NCBI RefSeq assembly: GCF_011745625.1
Contig: NW_027191500.1
Coordinates: forward strand, 62,001-115,357
From: Cladosporium halotolerans
Lineage: Eukaryota
Direction of reading: 5' to 3'
Length of the DNA: 53,357 bases
Positions 33,958-45,184 of this stretch are shown in pieces. The notes below the pieces were generated by a model. It had not been told where the DNA came from. It worked only from the letters and a program-made list of their open reading frames with translations, and did no database searches. Position 1 is the first letter of the stretch; the number at the start of each line of letters is the position of its first letter. Made by a program: the position numbers and the translations under genes.

Positions 33958-36900
33958 TCAAGTGTAGTAATGCCAATCGTTCTCGCCGCTATCGGGCGTT
34001 TCCTCCAACGTGACCTTTTTGCTGCTGGCGCTTTGGCCCGATGTGTTCTCGCCACGCTCGCCTATTTTGCTCTTCCCGGCAGGTGCATCGGCGGTGTCCA
34101 CGATCTCAATCCCTCCTGATCCCGTCTTCTCTCGCTTCGTTTTCCCGTCGTCGACGGGAGGTGTGGTCGCGGCAGGCGCCGCTGGGACCTGCTGCTCCAG
34201 AGGCGGCTGAGAAGCAATGGTGGAAGATTCGCCCTGTGGGTTTTCGAGCTGGCTCTCTGCAGACTTGATCTCCGCCTCTTCGAACTGCTTGTTCTGGCGC
34301 TCGTGGGGTCGCATGGGTAGCTCAGGCGCTCGTTTTCGTCTCGCGGGTAGAGGAGGCGGCGGCGCTTTCTTTGTGGGACTGGCGTCCTGGTCGACGGCCG
34401 CAGTAAAGTCAATGAGATCGTTGTCGTGAGTCCTGAGATCGCGTGTCTTTGCGGCCACGTCGTCATGTTCCTCGCCGAAGTTCTCCCTCCACGGACCGAA
34501 TTCGTCTTCCTCGACACTGTGAGCGCTGGTGCCATCGCTTGCACGCTTTGCAGCGCTGCTGGTACCCGATTTGATGCTTGCGTTTGTCTCATCTTTCGAC
34601 GTATCCGTCCGAGCTTGCTCCGCAGCTGGTGGGCGGGTAGGCAGCACGGGTTTCCTCTTCACGCTCCCACCCGCGAAAGCGCTCCCGCCCCAGAGACTAG
34701 TCTTCGGGCCGGGTAGAGGCTGGCCGATCGGTGGTAGCGGCTGTCCTCTTCCTACAGGCTCTTGCGGTCCAGGTTTGTGGGAGCTTGGTGGTCTGAAAAT
34801 TGGCTGTCCTTGCTTGCGGTTTGCGACAGCGTTAAGCGTCCATTGCCTGGCTGCAGATGTCGCGGCCGCGGTAGCGGCGAAGAGCGCCTTGCCGCGGGGT
34901 TGACTTGTCTGAGAAGACTGCGTGGATGAGGCAGTGTCCGTTCGTGGGAGAGACTCGTAGCTGGGTGTTCTCGGTAGAGGGAGAGCGGTGTCCGAGACGT
35001 TTGGGTGAAGGCTCCCACTGGACTTGCTCCCAGCGCTTCCTCTACGCTCGGCCTCAAGCTCGTTCGGCTCTATACTCAGCAGTGCTGGGTCATCGTCGTC
35101 GCCGCCCTCTGCGACCGCTGTCGAAGCGCTCATGCCTGGGCTGCGCGGCGCAGTGTTGTCGTCTTTCCGCGCAGAGCGATCTTTCACTTCCCGAACTGCA
35201 TCCACTGCATCGCGCTTCGCTGCAGGTTGCGGCGATCGCCCTATCCAGCGTTTCGCTGGCGGTGGGGACTCGAGCCCTCTTACTGCATCAATGTTGGAGC
35301 CATCAATGGCTACGCTTGGCGTGGAAGGGAGTGGGGTGGTAAATGAAGGAGATCGGAGGCCTTTCGAGATATTGGTTGCCTTCTCTGCTGCTGCTTGAGC
35401 GGATTGTGAGGGTAATGCTGTAGCGGAACGGTGCTTGAGACTCTGGATTTGTTCGCCAGATTGATCCACCGTGACAGGTGTTTGAGCGCCGGAGGTTGTC
35501 GCAGACCCACCGCCAGAATTTGGTAGATTCGGCATCGACATCGTCTTTTCGTTTCTCGCGCTCAGCATGTCTTTCTCAGATGGCTCCGCCTGCCCCGTGC
35601 CCTGTTCTTCCGTCGGTTCAGGGTCTGGTTGCCAAATTCCGCCTCTGTATGTCTGCTTGTGCGTATCAAAGAATGGCACGTCATCCCAATTCGGCTTGAC
35701 CAGCGTCTCTCCGAATACCTCGCGGATTCTGTTTTCGATCTGGCGCAAGATGAAGTTGTACGTAATCTGGCGTGAGCTTACGATGGGCTCTACCTTGATC
35801 TCCATGTCCGGCATGTTCTCGAAGCAGAACCAGAGTCTGTTGCTTGGAGGTGGTTTCACGCGTACGAGCATGCGGCCCTGTAATCGCTGGAGACTTCCTG
35901 CCAGGACAAGGTCGACGGTGCGGACCTTGAAGCGCTGACCCAGATCCAATTTAGCCACGGCAGCAATGACTACTTTGATACCACCGGTGTACTTGACGTC
36001 CATAGATAGTATCATGTCGCCAGAAATATGTATGTCCTTGAGCCGTAGGTTCGAGAGAATGGGTCCGGCATCACCCAAGTCAATGCTCTGAACGCTCACG
36101 TAAGAGATGAAGGCTGGTTTCGCAACTCTTGAGATTTTCTTCTCAATTTTCTCGCGGACTAGATCTTCAAGAAACGGCGTGCGGTGTAAGGCAAGGAAAA
36201 TACGGTTTACGAGGGCGTTGAGAGCTCGGGTCTCTGGTGTCAAAGAATTCGAATGGATGCTCGACTGCAGCTTGATCGAGCTCGCAGAGTCCAAAGGTTG
36301 AGGCACAGGAGATTCCGGCTGTGCTGCGACAAGAGCATGGTAGAAGTCCTCCTTCTCGGAGCAGTTGGAGCTGAAGAGGTAGAATGGCTTCGGCTGCGAG
36401 TGCGTTCCTTGGGTCACGTCGCCACTTGCTGAAGAGGCATGCGGCTTGAGTACGATCGCCGTGCGCTTGATGAAGAGATCCGGCTCCAGCATATTCTCAT
36501 CGTCGCCATCGCCGTCTGTCAGCGAAACGGAATGGTGAGCCATACTTATGACATGCCGGACCTCCAGCTCAGCTGGCGAATCATATAACATGAGATGGCC
36601 GTGTCGGACTACGATATGGAACATGCTACCCACTGGGGCGCTCGGTTTACCTCGAGCTTGTGTGCCTGTCACAGGTTCGTCGGTGTCCGCCAGCGGATTC
36701 TTGTTCAGGGCCGTCCGGCTTCGGTCGAACACCGAGCGATACATGCTCTGGTACACTGACATCGACTCTTGACCGGGCGCTTCCGCTTGTCCCTCGCCAT
36801 TGCCTTGTGACGCGGCATTTGCCCTAGCATTCAAGGTGCTCAAAGCCGACTGGAAGTTGTAGGATCGCAGAACTGCAAACGTGGCATTCGCGGCCCCATC

Positions 36901-37104
36901 AGAAGAGAAATCGGCCTTGTGCGCGAGCTTGTCCTTTTCGGTATCCACTCCATCTTCAGCTGCCCTCTCTTTAACACTCGTTCCACCTTCATTCTGGGCA
37001 TGCGGTAGTGTAAACCAGGCGGTTATGGCAATCGTGATGAGCAGGAGCGGGAGGAAGGTGAGTCCGCCGAGGAGGTACGCGGATACGAGGGCTTTGAGGC
37101 TCAT
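33958..37104 (-). CDS. NVJ2: PH-domain + SMP-domain lipid-transfer protein (Nvj2/TEX2 family)
   Basis: N-terminal TM (AYLLGGLTFLPLL), PH domain (VVRHGHLMLYD...EKEDFYHAL), SMP domain (ALNALVNRIFL...KPPPSNRLWFCF...ETLVKPNWDDVPF), long disordered tail. Confidence 0.88.
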   Translation of the reverse strand: MSLKALVSAYLLGGLTFLPLLLITIAITAWFTLPHAQNEGGTSVKERAAEDGVDTEKDKLAHKADFSSDGAANATFAVLRSYNFQSALSTLNARANAASQGNGEGQAEAPGQESMSVYQSMYRSVFDRSRTALNKNPLADTDEPVTGTQARGKPSAPVGSMFHIVVRHGHLMLYDSPAELEVRHVISMAHHSVSLTDGDGDDENMLEPDLFIKRTAIVLKPHASSASGDVTQGTHSQPKPFYLFSSNCSEKEDFYHALVAAQPESPVPQPLDSASSIKLQSSIHSNSLTPETRALNALVNRIFLALHRTPFLEDLVREKIEKKISRVAKPAFISYVSVQSIDLGDAGPILSNLRLKDIHISGDMILSMDVKYTGGIKVVIAAVAKLDLGQRFKVRTVDLVLAGSLQRLQGRMLVRVKPPPSNRLWFCFENMPDMEIKVEPIVSSRQITYNFILRQIENRIREVFGETLVKPNWDDVPFFDTHKQTYRGGIWQPDPEPTEEQGTGQAEPSEKDMLSARNEKTMSMPNLPNSGGGSATTSGAQTPVTVDQSGEQIQSLKHRSATALPSQSAQAAAEKATNISKGLRSPSFTTPLPSTPSVAIDGSNIDAVRGLESPPPAKRWIGRSPQPAAKRDAVDAVREVKDRSARKDDNTAPRSPGMSASTAVAEGGDDDDPALLSIEPNELEAERRGSAGSKSSGSLHPNVSDTALPLPRTPSYESLPRTDTASSTQSSQTSQPRGKALFAATAAATSAARQWTLNAVANRKQGQPIFRPPSSHKPGPQEPVGRGQPLPPIGQPLPGPKTSLWGGSAFAGGSVKRKPVLPTRPPAAEQARTDTSKDETNASIKSGTSSAAKRASDGTSAHSVEEDEFGPWRENFGEEHDDVAAKTRDLRTHDNDLIDFTAAVDQDASPTKKAPPPPLPARRKRAPELPMRPHERQNKQFEEAEIKSAESQLENPQGESSTIASQPPLEQQVPAAPAATTPPVDDGKTKREKTGSGGIEIVDTADAPAGKSKIGERGENTSGQSASSKKVTLEETPDSGENDWHYYT

Positions 37105-38222
37105 TGTCCCGCATGTCGCTTGGCCACGCGCATGACACTCCGAAGAACAATGGTGTCAAGGCCCTTTAAGAGAAAAAGATGATTGGTGTCCTAATGCGTT
37201 TCGAGTTAAGCACCCAAGACCAGATCAGCCGAAGTCAACAACTGCACGTCATTGCTTGGCGCAGATCCGGAGATGGTGGAGACTCTGCCCATCCATTTTA
37301 TGTACATCTCGCAGCAGTAGCAGAAACACAGCTGGCCATGCATTCACCCGGGTACTGTTTCGCCATAAGAGGGTGAGCATAAAGCGTATCTCTAAATATA
37401 TCTGAGGATGCTCACAGCTGAAAGGGCTCCGCGTCTTCTCTCCTCTCCGCTCAACAATGTCAGCCAGACGTGTCGAACGGTCATTCAAGGGCAGAATGGA
37501 TTGGAACGTACATGGAGGGTGTTCGCCAGCCTCGTCCCAACGCATGTAGCCCTTATGGAGCTGTTGGTCTGCCTGTCAAATGCTGTTGCTTAGATTCACA
37601 GCGTGATGCCAATGTGAGCTCTATCACTGCGATGCTACGGATACGCAAGCGAACAGTACAGTCGGGAACCGCATTCTTTGATGGCTCGCAATTGTGACCT
37701 ATACACGGCTCGAATCCTTTACGTGCCTTTGTCTGACCTGCGTCCTGGCATTATCCAGTCCTACGACCAGGCTCCACAGCGAAAAGCGGCCCCTTCATCA
37801 TTATGATTATTGCACCCAAGGGCAAGTCACCATTAGACACATCTACAACACCCCAGCCGATAACACACTTCCAGCATTCTAGCTGCTTCGTCATGGCTGG
37901 GATTGGCTTCCCCCTGTAGATGACGAGACATGGTAAAGCTTCCAGCGCACGTCTTGCCAGGCGAGAGAGCCATGTTTCGTAACACCTAGCAGACAGACGA
38001 CAGGCGAATTTTAGAACCACCAGCCGAATAGAAAAGAAGGGAAAGGATTTCCCTTTACGTATGGAATCTGGCCCCACGACTCTGTGCTTGCCGCATTCTC
38101 CGCATCCTCCAGAGCTTTGACTTTGCCTGCGCAGATTTTGTGGGCGCCCCATCGAAGTCAAGACAAGCAAGTCTACATGGTTCAAAGAACGATGGTGCTA
38201 GTCAGGTCGTCGATAAATTCAG

Positions 38223-39423
38223 AATACGCCCACCATCTCGTTTCCCTGCGCTCGGCCGAATGCTTGGTCTGCGGAGATCAGATCTGCTTGCGCTTTGACA
38301 CGTCAGTGGCAGGCTTTCCTTCGTACAAGTCTTGAAGAATCCGCGATCAAGGCCTTCCTTCAATTGCCACTCAATTCTACGGACATGTCTTCCTACGCGA
38401 CCCTAGTATGGGACGACCGTCATACATCTTCATTTTATGTACGAAGCGGTCGGCAAAAACTCGTAAAGCCACCAGTAGTAGATCTTGGAAGTTTTCAAGC
38501 AGCTTGCGACAACAGCCAGATGAGCGCTCCATCACACCCTTTGCATTTGAGAGCTCCGGCTTCACATCTCTCAGCATGTCGGGACAAGACTGCGGCTCTA
38601 AGACTAGGGGTTCTTCGCGCCAGGAAGGTCCGCGAGAGGATCTGCTCTATCTTATCTAGAAGTTCGCAATGGTTGGTGACGCATTCTGCGAGCATGTTGC
38701 GGTGAGTCACATGGAGCTGTCCTCAACTGCATTGCTATCAGATGGCACGTAGTCGCTCATTCTGCCAGTGTTTTCAGAGTGGCTCGGCGTCCGCCAAAAT
38801 TCGCGTGAGATTCTCGCGCGAAGAAAAGGCCCGCGTAGATGGGAGCTGGCACGATGGAGATCATTTTCTTGGCGATGATCCACTCTTTGAAACAAAGGCC
38901 ACGGTCATGATCATCCCTGTCGGGGAAGTGCGGAGATGAGGAGGAGTCGTGGCGCTGACTTGTATTTGCGGGATGGCCAGTAGACGATATATCCACATTC
39001 AACAGGACTTCGATCATAGAGTCGGCAGGAAATTGGCACCTATTTAGGCTCACGAATAGGAGAACAAGGTTTCAGATCTGAATTCTGTGGTACGCGGTGG
39101 ACCCAGAGGATTCCAGGGTGACATAGCGCTAGCGCTATACAAAGCTTGTCTCAACGTCCTCTCTCACGTGCGCACCTCGCTTGTTCAACGAAGTAGACAA
39201 AGCATCGCAAGATGGCGAAACAAAGAAAATCTCGCCATTTCGAATTGCCTGGAGAGTATGTGGCCTGTCAGAAATGTGGTTGGCGGTCGGCTGCTTGCGT
39301 TCTGGAATGAGACAAGCATTTCAGGACAAAGCCGCATTCCGCGAGCTGAGTGTCATACGGCAACCAATGATCGCCGAAAGCAGGGCGCATGGCAGCAATG
39401 TCGCTGTGCCGTGCGTTCTCTGA
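38223..39423 (+). other. Candidate additional MAT-associated multi-exon ORF or gene relic
   Basis: Open frame 38217-38701 followed by a phase-compatible intron 38702-38752 (GTGAGT...TAG) into the 38742-38939 frame; a further open frame at 39133-39423. No complete start-to-stop model could be built. Confidence 0.3.
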
Positions 39424-39432
39424 ACGCTTCAG

Positions 39433-40451
39433 CTAGTCCATTGCTTCGTCGATGACCGGGTCCTTCTTCCCTGTGGCGGCGTCTTGGACTTCACCATCTC
39501 CGCTCGGATTCTCGTTTGACCCTCCCGTTTGTGCTTCTTCCCCAGAGCCAGCCTGCTCAAGAATCTCCTCGCGAAGCCCTTCCAAAATCCTGGTGCGCGC
39601 TGGTTGCGTCAAGGAGGCCAGATAGCCTTTGGCGAGGCCTTCTTCTTGCTTCTTGCTCAACTTCAGCGTCGTGCTACGCACGCGATTGATCGCATCGTTT
39701 TGGGCATTTCTTTCTCTGACTATAAAATGTCAGCATTTTCCCTTTGACCTATTACCAGCCAGACTGAAGCTTACACCATTCGTACAGTGTTTCCAAGTCA
39801 ACTCGAAGAAACTCCTGGAGCATCTCGAACTCCTCGTCGTTCGGCGGTCCGCGCTTCCTAAACCAATCCTGCAACCAACATTCGTGGTCCTTTTCTGGAA
39901 GCAATCTGTGCGTCGTGGATGGTCCAGAGTTGTACACCGTATCAGTCTCGAAGGTCGACTCATCGGTCAATCTATCACGGTTATTTAGCAACTCAGTGGT
40001 ATGACCGGGTCGTTGGAACTCACGCGTGGACTCTCTCTCGTAACGCTTGAAGCATGGTGAGCTTCTCTTCCACCGGAAAGAATCCAGGATCTTCAGGCGT
40101 ATTGCTATTGATCGCGCTGAATTGGAAATTCACCAACCCCTCTTGGGCCTCGTTCAAAAGCTTGGCTTCAGCAGCATAAAGCTCGTTCAAGTTCACAAGG
40201 TCTTTCACCTGCAATCGAGCATTTGTAGACACGTCGATACGACGTGTTTGGTCCGCGAAGTGTACATTTTCGATAGCTGGCGTAGGGTCTGGCGTTGTGG
40301 GTTCACCGAGATCGACGAGCCAGTCGTCCAAGTCAGAAAGGATATCATCAAGAAGCTCGCCGCTTTTCTTTCTGGCTTCTTGCTCCTCAGGGCCCGACAG
40401 CTCAAGTAGGACCTCCCAGGTCTGGCTGTGAATGTTCGCATTTCGAGACAT
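39433..40451 (-). CDS. MAT-associated gene encoding a 303-aa protein with a homeodomain-like segment (3 exons)
   Basis: Exons 40451-40024, 39971-39775 and 39719-39433 total 912 nt. Introns GTGAGT..CTAAA..TAG and GTAAGC..CTGAC..TAG. The spliced sequence includes WLQDWFRKRGPPNDEEFEMLQEFLRVDLETLYEWFRERNA. Confidence 0.8.
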
Positions 40452-40823
40452 CTTTGAGAAGGCTGAGAAAGTCGAAGTTGCGAGGACTTTGTTGCTGGGT
40501 CGATTCCTCTCTCCCACTTTCGAGTCGCAAAGGTCAGTCAACTCTCTTATTCAGTCAGTCACATGCATTCACTTGTCGGCGAAGCTTGGGCCGCGAGCGC
40601 GGGGCAAAGCGCTGCCTCTTTGGACGCTTTCACAGGCCCCAGCCACCTCAATTGCGCGCCGCACAGACGGTGGGTTGCGATGCCAAGGCTTCCGTATCCC
40701 ACGACATCCACGAAGCTCTTCGCACCTTCCTCGTGAGCGACAATCTGCACTCGCACTGCCGACATTTTCTTTTCCCCTGTTTCACACACTCCAACACAAA
40801 TCCAGCACCTTATCTGACCGAAG

Positions 40824-42355
40824 ATGTCAGCCTCGGCTGCGGCGTTTCCTGGCAGCGCGCCGCCGTTGCGCGACAAGAGCATTAACACTCCCCTCGATTT
40901 CAAGCTCGTCAAGGAGCTGGACGACGGCAACTGCGTCGTCAGCGTCTCCTTCGTAGCCGCAAGCAAGGCTTGCGGAAACAACCTTGAGCACCTCAAGTCT
41001 GCTATGGCGTGAGTGTGTCTCTTCAACGAAATCAAGCTCCTTGCTAACTGTCGCAGTGAGCACTTCAGCCAGCGCCTACAGACTCCTGTTCATCAAGTGG
41101 AGTTGAGCATCAACGCTTTTGAGAACAACATCATGGCTACTCCGGCCAAGGAGTGCGTCCTCGAAACTGCCGGCAACTCCGGCACGCTTCCAGCCAGCGA
41201 TGTCATCTGCGATGAAGATGTGAATGAGAGTGCCTCGAAGAAGGCGCCGAAGAAGGTTCCCCGTCCTCCGAACGCCTTCATCATCTACAGAAAGGAGTGG
41301 CACCCAATCATGGTCGCAAAGAACCCCGGAGCTCATAACAACACGATCTGTGAGTCTGCGCTCCCCTCTAATGTCTTCCTGAATTTGACTGACTTCGTGT
41401 AGCGATGATCATTGGCAACCAGTGGAGAAACGAAAGCCAAGAGGTGAAGGACAAGTACCAGCAGAAGGCCGCTGAGGCCAAGTACAATCACTCAATCGCA
41501 AACCCGGGCTATCAATACCAGCCTCGCAAGCCTTCCGAGAAGAAGAAGCGCATGACGAAGAACAAGCTGGCCAAACTCGCGGCAAATTCTTCCAACGCCC
41601 CGGAGGCTGATAACGGCGAGTTCAGTGATGTCCTGGACCTCCCGGACCCTCTGCTCACTTATGATTCCACAAAGAATCAAGTCTCTTTCTTTGCCGGGCA
41701 CGGAACCGCTGATCAGCTTACTGAGGAGCTAAACGGCTTCAACAACTACATGTGGCCTGACCAACAGCCGGCGAACAACCCGACCCCGGCGACCAACCCG
41801 ACCATGGCGACCAACCCGACCATGGCGACCAACGTGACCCCGGCTACCAACCTGAACCCGGCGTTCCTGACCACTCAGGCTACTGGCCAGCTCCCAGTCA
41901 TTCCGGGATTTAACACTACGGCCGCTCAGCCTGCCGGGCAGTTGCCCCTCAACCCAGCTTCTGCGCTCCCGTTCGTTCAGCCTGCTCCTCCGCAGCCTGC
42001 TCTTTCGCTGCCCATTCTTCCGGCTTCTATGTTCCCAGCTGCCCAGTCTACCGAGGTAGTCGCTGACCAATTTGGCGTCGACAATGTTCCGTACTACCCG
42101 CTCGGCTCCACTGCTTCGAACATGGCTGCTCACAACTCGTACAACTTCTTTGAACTGGATTTCATTGAGGAGCTCCTGGCGTACGAGAATAACGGAAAGG
42201 TTGGCAACCCGAAAGGTCACTTCGGTGAAGCCCAAAGCCTTGGTGCGACGCCGCAAAAGCTTCCTCCCCCCAGCGAAGGGTTCCGCCAGACTTCTCTCCA
42301 TGGTGGGCTTTCCGAGTTTGGCATGAATGCCTTCTTCGACTTCGACAACTATTAG
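40824..42355 (+). CDS. MAT1-2-1: Mating-type HMG-box protein MAT1-2-1 (3 exons, 476 aa)
   Basis: KKVPRPPNAFIIYRKEWHP...NPGAHNNTIS|MIIGNQWRNE...KYQQKA...H...NPGYQYQPRKPSEKKKR. Intron 41350-41402 splits the conserved Ser codon of the HMG box; first intron 41009-41056; adjacent to APN2. Confidence 0.96.
41777..41866 (+). repeat. 18-bp in-frame minisatellite (5 units) inside MAT1-2-1
   Basis: aacccgaccccggcgacc / aacccgaccatggcgacc x2 / aacgtgaccccggctacc / aacctgaacccggcgttc, encoding NPTPAT-NPTMAT-NPTMAT-NVTPAT-NLNPAF. Confidence 0.9.
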
Positions 42356-42998
42356 GTCTTTACCTCACCAACATTGAACACGAGTGTCTACGCTGATCAT
42401 AAAGACGCTAGCCAATGCCCATCGCTCAATGTGCGCAGAAGGACTCCGGGAAGTGACATGCACGAAGCACAAAATTGCAGTGCTCTTAAATAGGACTTTT
42501 CAGTACGTAGCTGGTATGAAATTGAAGTCTCCCCTGAGCCGTGATTGAAACCATGACACCCGACTTCGGTCCCTATGCCGTCCTCAAAGATAGTTTTTCT
42601 TGAAAGCTACCTATGTAACGTGGGTGTGCACCCATCCAAAAAGTCGGAAGACCCTGACCCACTGCATTTGGGCCTAATAGATCTAAGCCTTGAATCAACC
42701 GAGGATCTATGTAATCTAGTCTGCGAAATGACAACTGTTCAGCATCCCCAACACAAAGTTTCCGAGCTCCATCGTCTTCTGGAGTCGCAAAAACCCCGCT
42801 GCGCCACGTTCTAAGCCCGTGCGCACTGCGCACGAACATAGGCGGTCCAGTCAGCACGCAAGGCGGAGTTCACATGCTCGAGAACAATAGGACATGAAAC
42901 AGGGGTCTATTAGTCACGCCCTACCTATTGTCCCAGCCTCCCAGCTATTCACGCCCGGACCTCCTCCAATCACATGGCGCGAAACATCAAAACGTCCT

Positions 42999-44975
42999 TC
43001 ACCCATCCTCCTTCCTGCCGTTCTGCCAGTCACTGCACCATATGAAAGTCCCACACCTCCACTCTGTGCCCTTCTCTTTCTGCCCGCTGGGCCCGAGCGG
43101 CCGCGCGCACATCCAGAAGCTCCGCCCTTGGTTGCTGCCCTTCTTCTTCGTCTGCATTGACTTGCAGGGCTCGGCGTGGTCTTCGCACAGGGGCGCGACG
43201 GGGCGGGAGAAGAGCGCAGACCAGGATTGCGAGGTCGCAGAGCGCGCTTCGAGGTTGTCGAAGGATTGTGTGGGCGAGGGCGGATCGGTGCGTACTGTGC
43301 GGGCAGAGGTTGGGGTTGCTGATGTTTGACTCGGGATGGGCGTACTTGGCTCATTAATGTTTGTGGTTCCGGAGGGAGTGGTGGTTGTGCTATCCTGGAG
43401 CAGCGTCGATGTGTTCGAGCGTGACCTTTCGCCTGCCCCGGATGTCTCTTGATGATCCGCAGAGCTGTGTCCGTTTTCTTGCGCAGTAGCGGTAGCGGTT
43501 TTGCTCGCGCTAGTAGTTCTGGGCTGGAAGAAACCTCGAAGGCTCTGTTGCCCTTTCCCCGTCGAACCGTTCGATGTTGCGTTCCCCTCGGACTTCTGCC
43601 GCTTTGCAGCCACTGGCTTGGAGGATGTTGAAGCTTTTCGCTTCGTGTCCGGGCTAGCCGCAGCTGTGTCGATCGTCGAGGGCGGAGCTTTGGTAGCTAC
43701 TGCAGGCTCTTCCGTCTTTTGCGCTTCGTTTGGTGTTCCTACGGGACTGGCATTGCTAGCTGCTGGCTTTGGCTTCGGCGCCGCAAACATCGACTTTATG
43801 CTTCTGCGCTTGTCGAATTCTTGCAGACGCTTTCCAGAAAACGCAGGGATGTCTTGTACTTTCCATTCACGCTTGCGATCCCCATCCACGAACGTTCCGG
43901 GTGGGCTCATGATGTCGAGGAGTTTCACATCGCCGTTCTCAGTACTCACAAGATCATGGAAGTCGACGAAGACAGGGCAATGATCGCTACCGAGTAAGCC
44001 TTCTTGGATGTTTGCATCTTTTATCCAGGACCGCATAGACTCAGCTACAAGGACAAAGTCGATGCGAGAGCCAAAGTTGCCCGGCCGGGCATTTATCTTC
44101 TGCTCCCAGTGTGTGTACATGCCCGCCCTGTCCGGGTGGAAGCCCCTTGTAGTGTCCCAAAGAACCCCTCGTTCCCTGCCTTCGTCTCTTTCTCCAACAA
44201 CCTCGCCACCGACGAGCAGCTGGTTAAAGATCCTGCGGTTGGGAGTAGAGATATAGTCTTCGTGGCTGATGCCATGTTTCCTCATGTCGTCCGCCGATGA
44301 GGCTGTATCCAGCTCATGTCGAGAGACGTTCAGGTCGCCAACAAGCACGACTCGCTTGCCCCTCCGGGCCAAGTTGCGGATTCGGCAGTCAAGAGCACAG
44401 ACGAAACCATATCGAAAGTCGTCGCGCAGGCCGTTGCTGTTCGCTGGGGAGTAGACACCCAACAGGACGAACGCTGGGAACTCAAGGATGAGACAGCGGC
44501 CTTCGGCATCAAGAAGGGCAGCGTCGACGCCGAGCTCGGCGATCTGGAATTCGCTAGGATATCCACCAATGCACTGGTCGTCTGGCAGCTCGCGATAAGG
44601 AGTGCCGGAAGGCGAAGGCAACACCCCGAGCAATCCTTCTTCCGCCCGAATGGGAGCGCAGGTTGCGTTCCTTGTGTAGATCCCAACACCGGAGTAGCCT
44701 TTCTTGTGCTTCGGCAAGCTAAAGTAGCAGTCCCATCCATCCAGTATCACCATATCATCTCGCAAGTCTTTGCGCTGGATCTTCAACTCTTGCATGACGA
44801 TGATGTCGCTCTCCAGAATATCGAACATAGCCGGAAAGCTGCGAGCAGCGTTCCATGGTGGATAGGAGAAAGGGTTTCGAATACCGTTGACATTCCTGGA
44901 AGTAGATCAATCAGCATATTATCCTTCAGACAGCCCGGTAAGGCGCGTTCCATCTTACCATGTAGTGAGCCTCAT
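42999..44975 (-). CDS. APN2: AP endonuclease 2 / DNA lyase (2 exons)
   Basis: Intron 44958-44896 gives MRLTTWNVNGIRNPF. Also QELK, GYSGV, GDLNV, SRIDF and GSDHCPV; PIP box QQSLRGFF; C-terminal GRF zinc finger (C..H.EPC...GRSFWMC...C..F.W). Confidence 0.96.
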
Positions 44976-45184
44976 TGTTGTGATTTTTCGAGCATTGTCT
45001 CGCGTCCACGGTCCCTTGCTTTTCGGCTGTCTGGTGGACACGAGAAATGCTCTCGCGGAACTCAACTCATTTCTCAAGCTGGCTTCTTCGCGCCGCACTT
45101 TTCAGAAAGGATCCAGCTGATTCCAAGCGTGGCATCCAGAGGGTCTCATGCCTCTAAAGGTTTCCCATGTCATGGAATGACGTC

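Larger units (their letters stand above)
37200..42900. other. Mating-type locus, MAT1-2 idiomorph region (boundaries approximate)
   Basis: Contains the HMG-box MAT1-2-1 gene and lies between the PH-domain gene and APN2-APC5-COX13, the established MAT-flanking genes of Dothideomycetes. No alpha-box ORF recognised. Confidence 0.85.

Noticed and set aside
38891..40493. HMG-box binding-site-like heptamers (AACAAAG/CTTTGTT at 38891, 39219, 40487)
   Set aside because: Short motif, few copies, and only one lies in the divergent promoter region; not distinguishable from chance.
37200..40800. MAT1-1-1 alpha-box gene or fragment
   Set aside because: No RPLNS(W/F)-type or WxxDPFKAKW-type motif seen in the frames I could read; a highly decayed fragment cannot be excluded without alignment.
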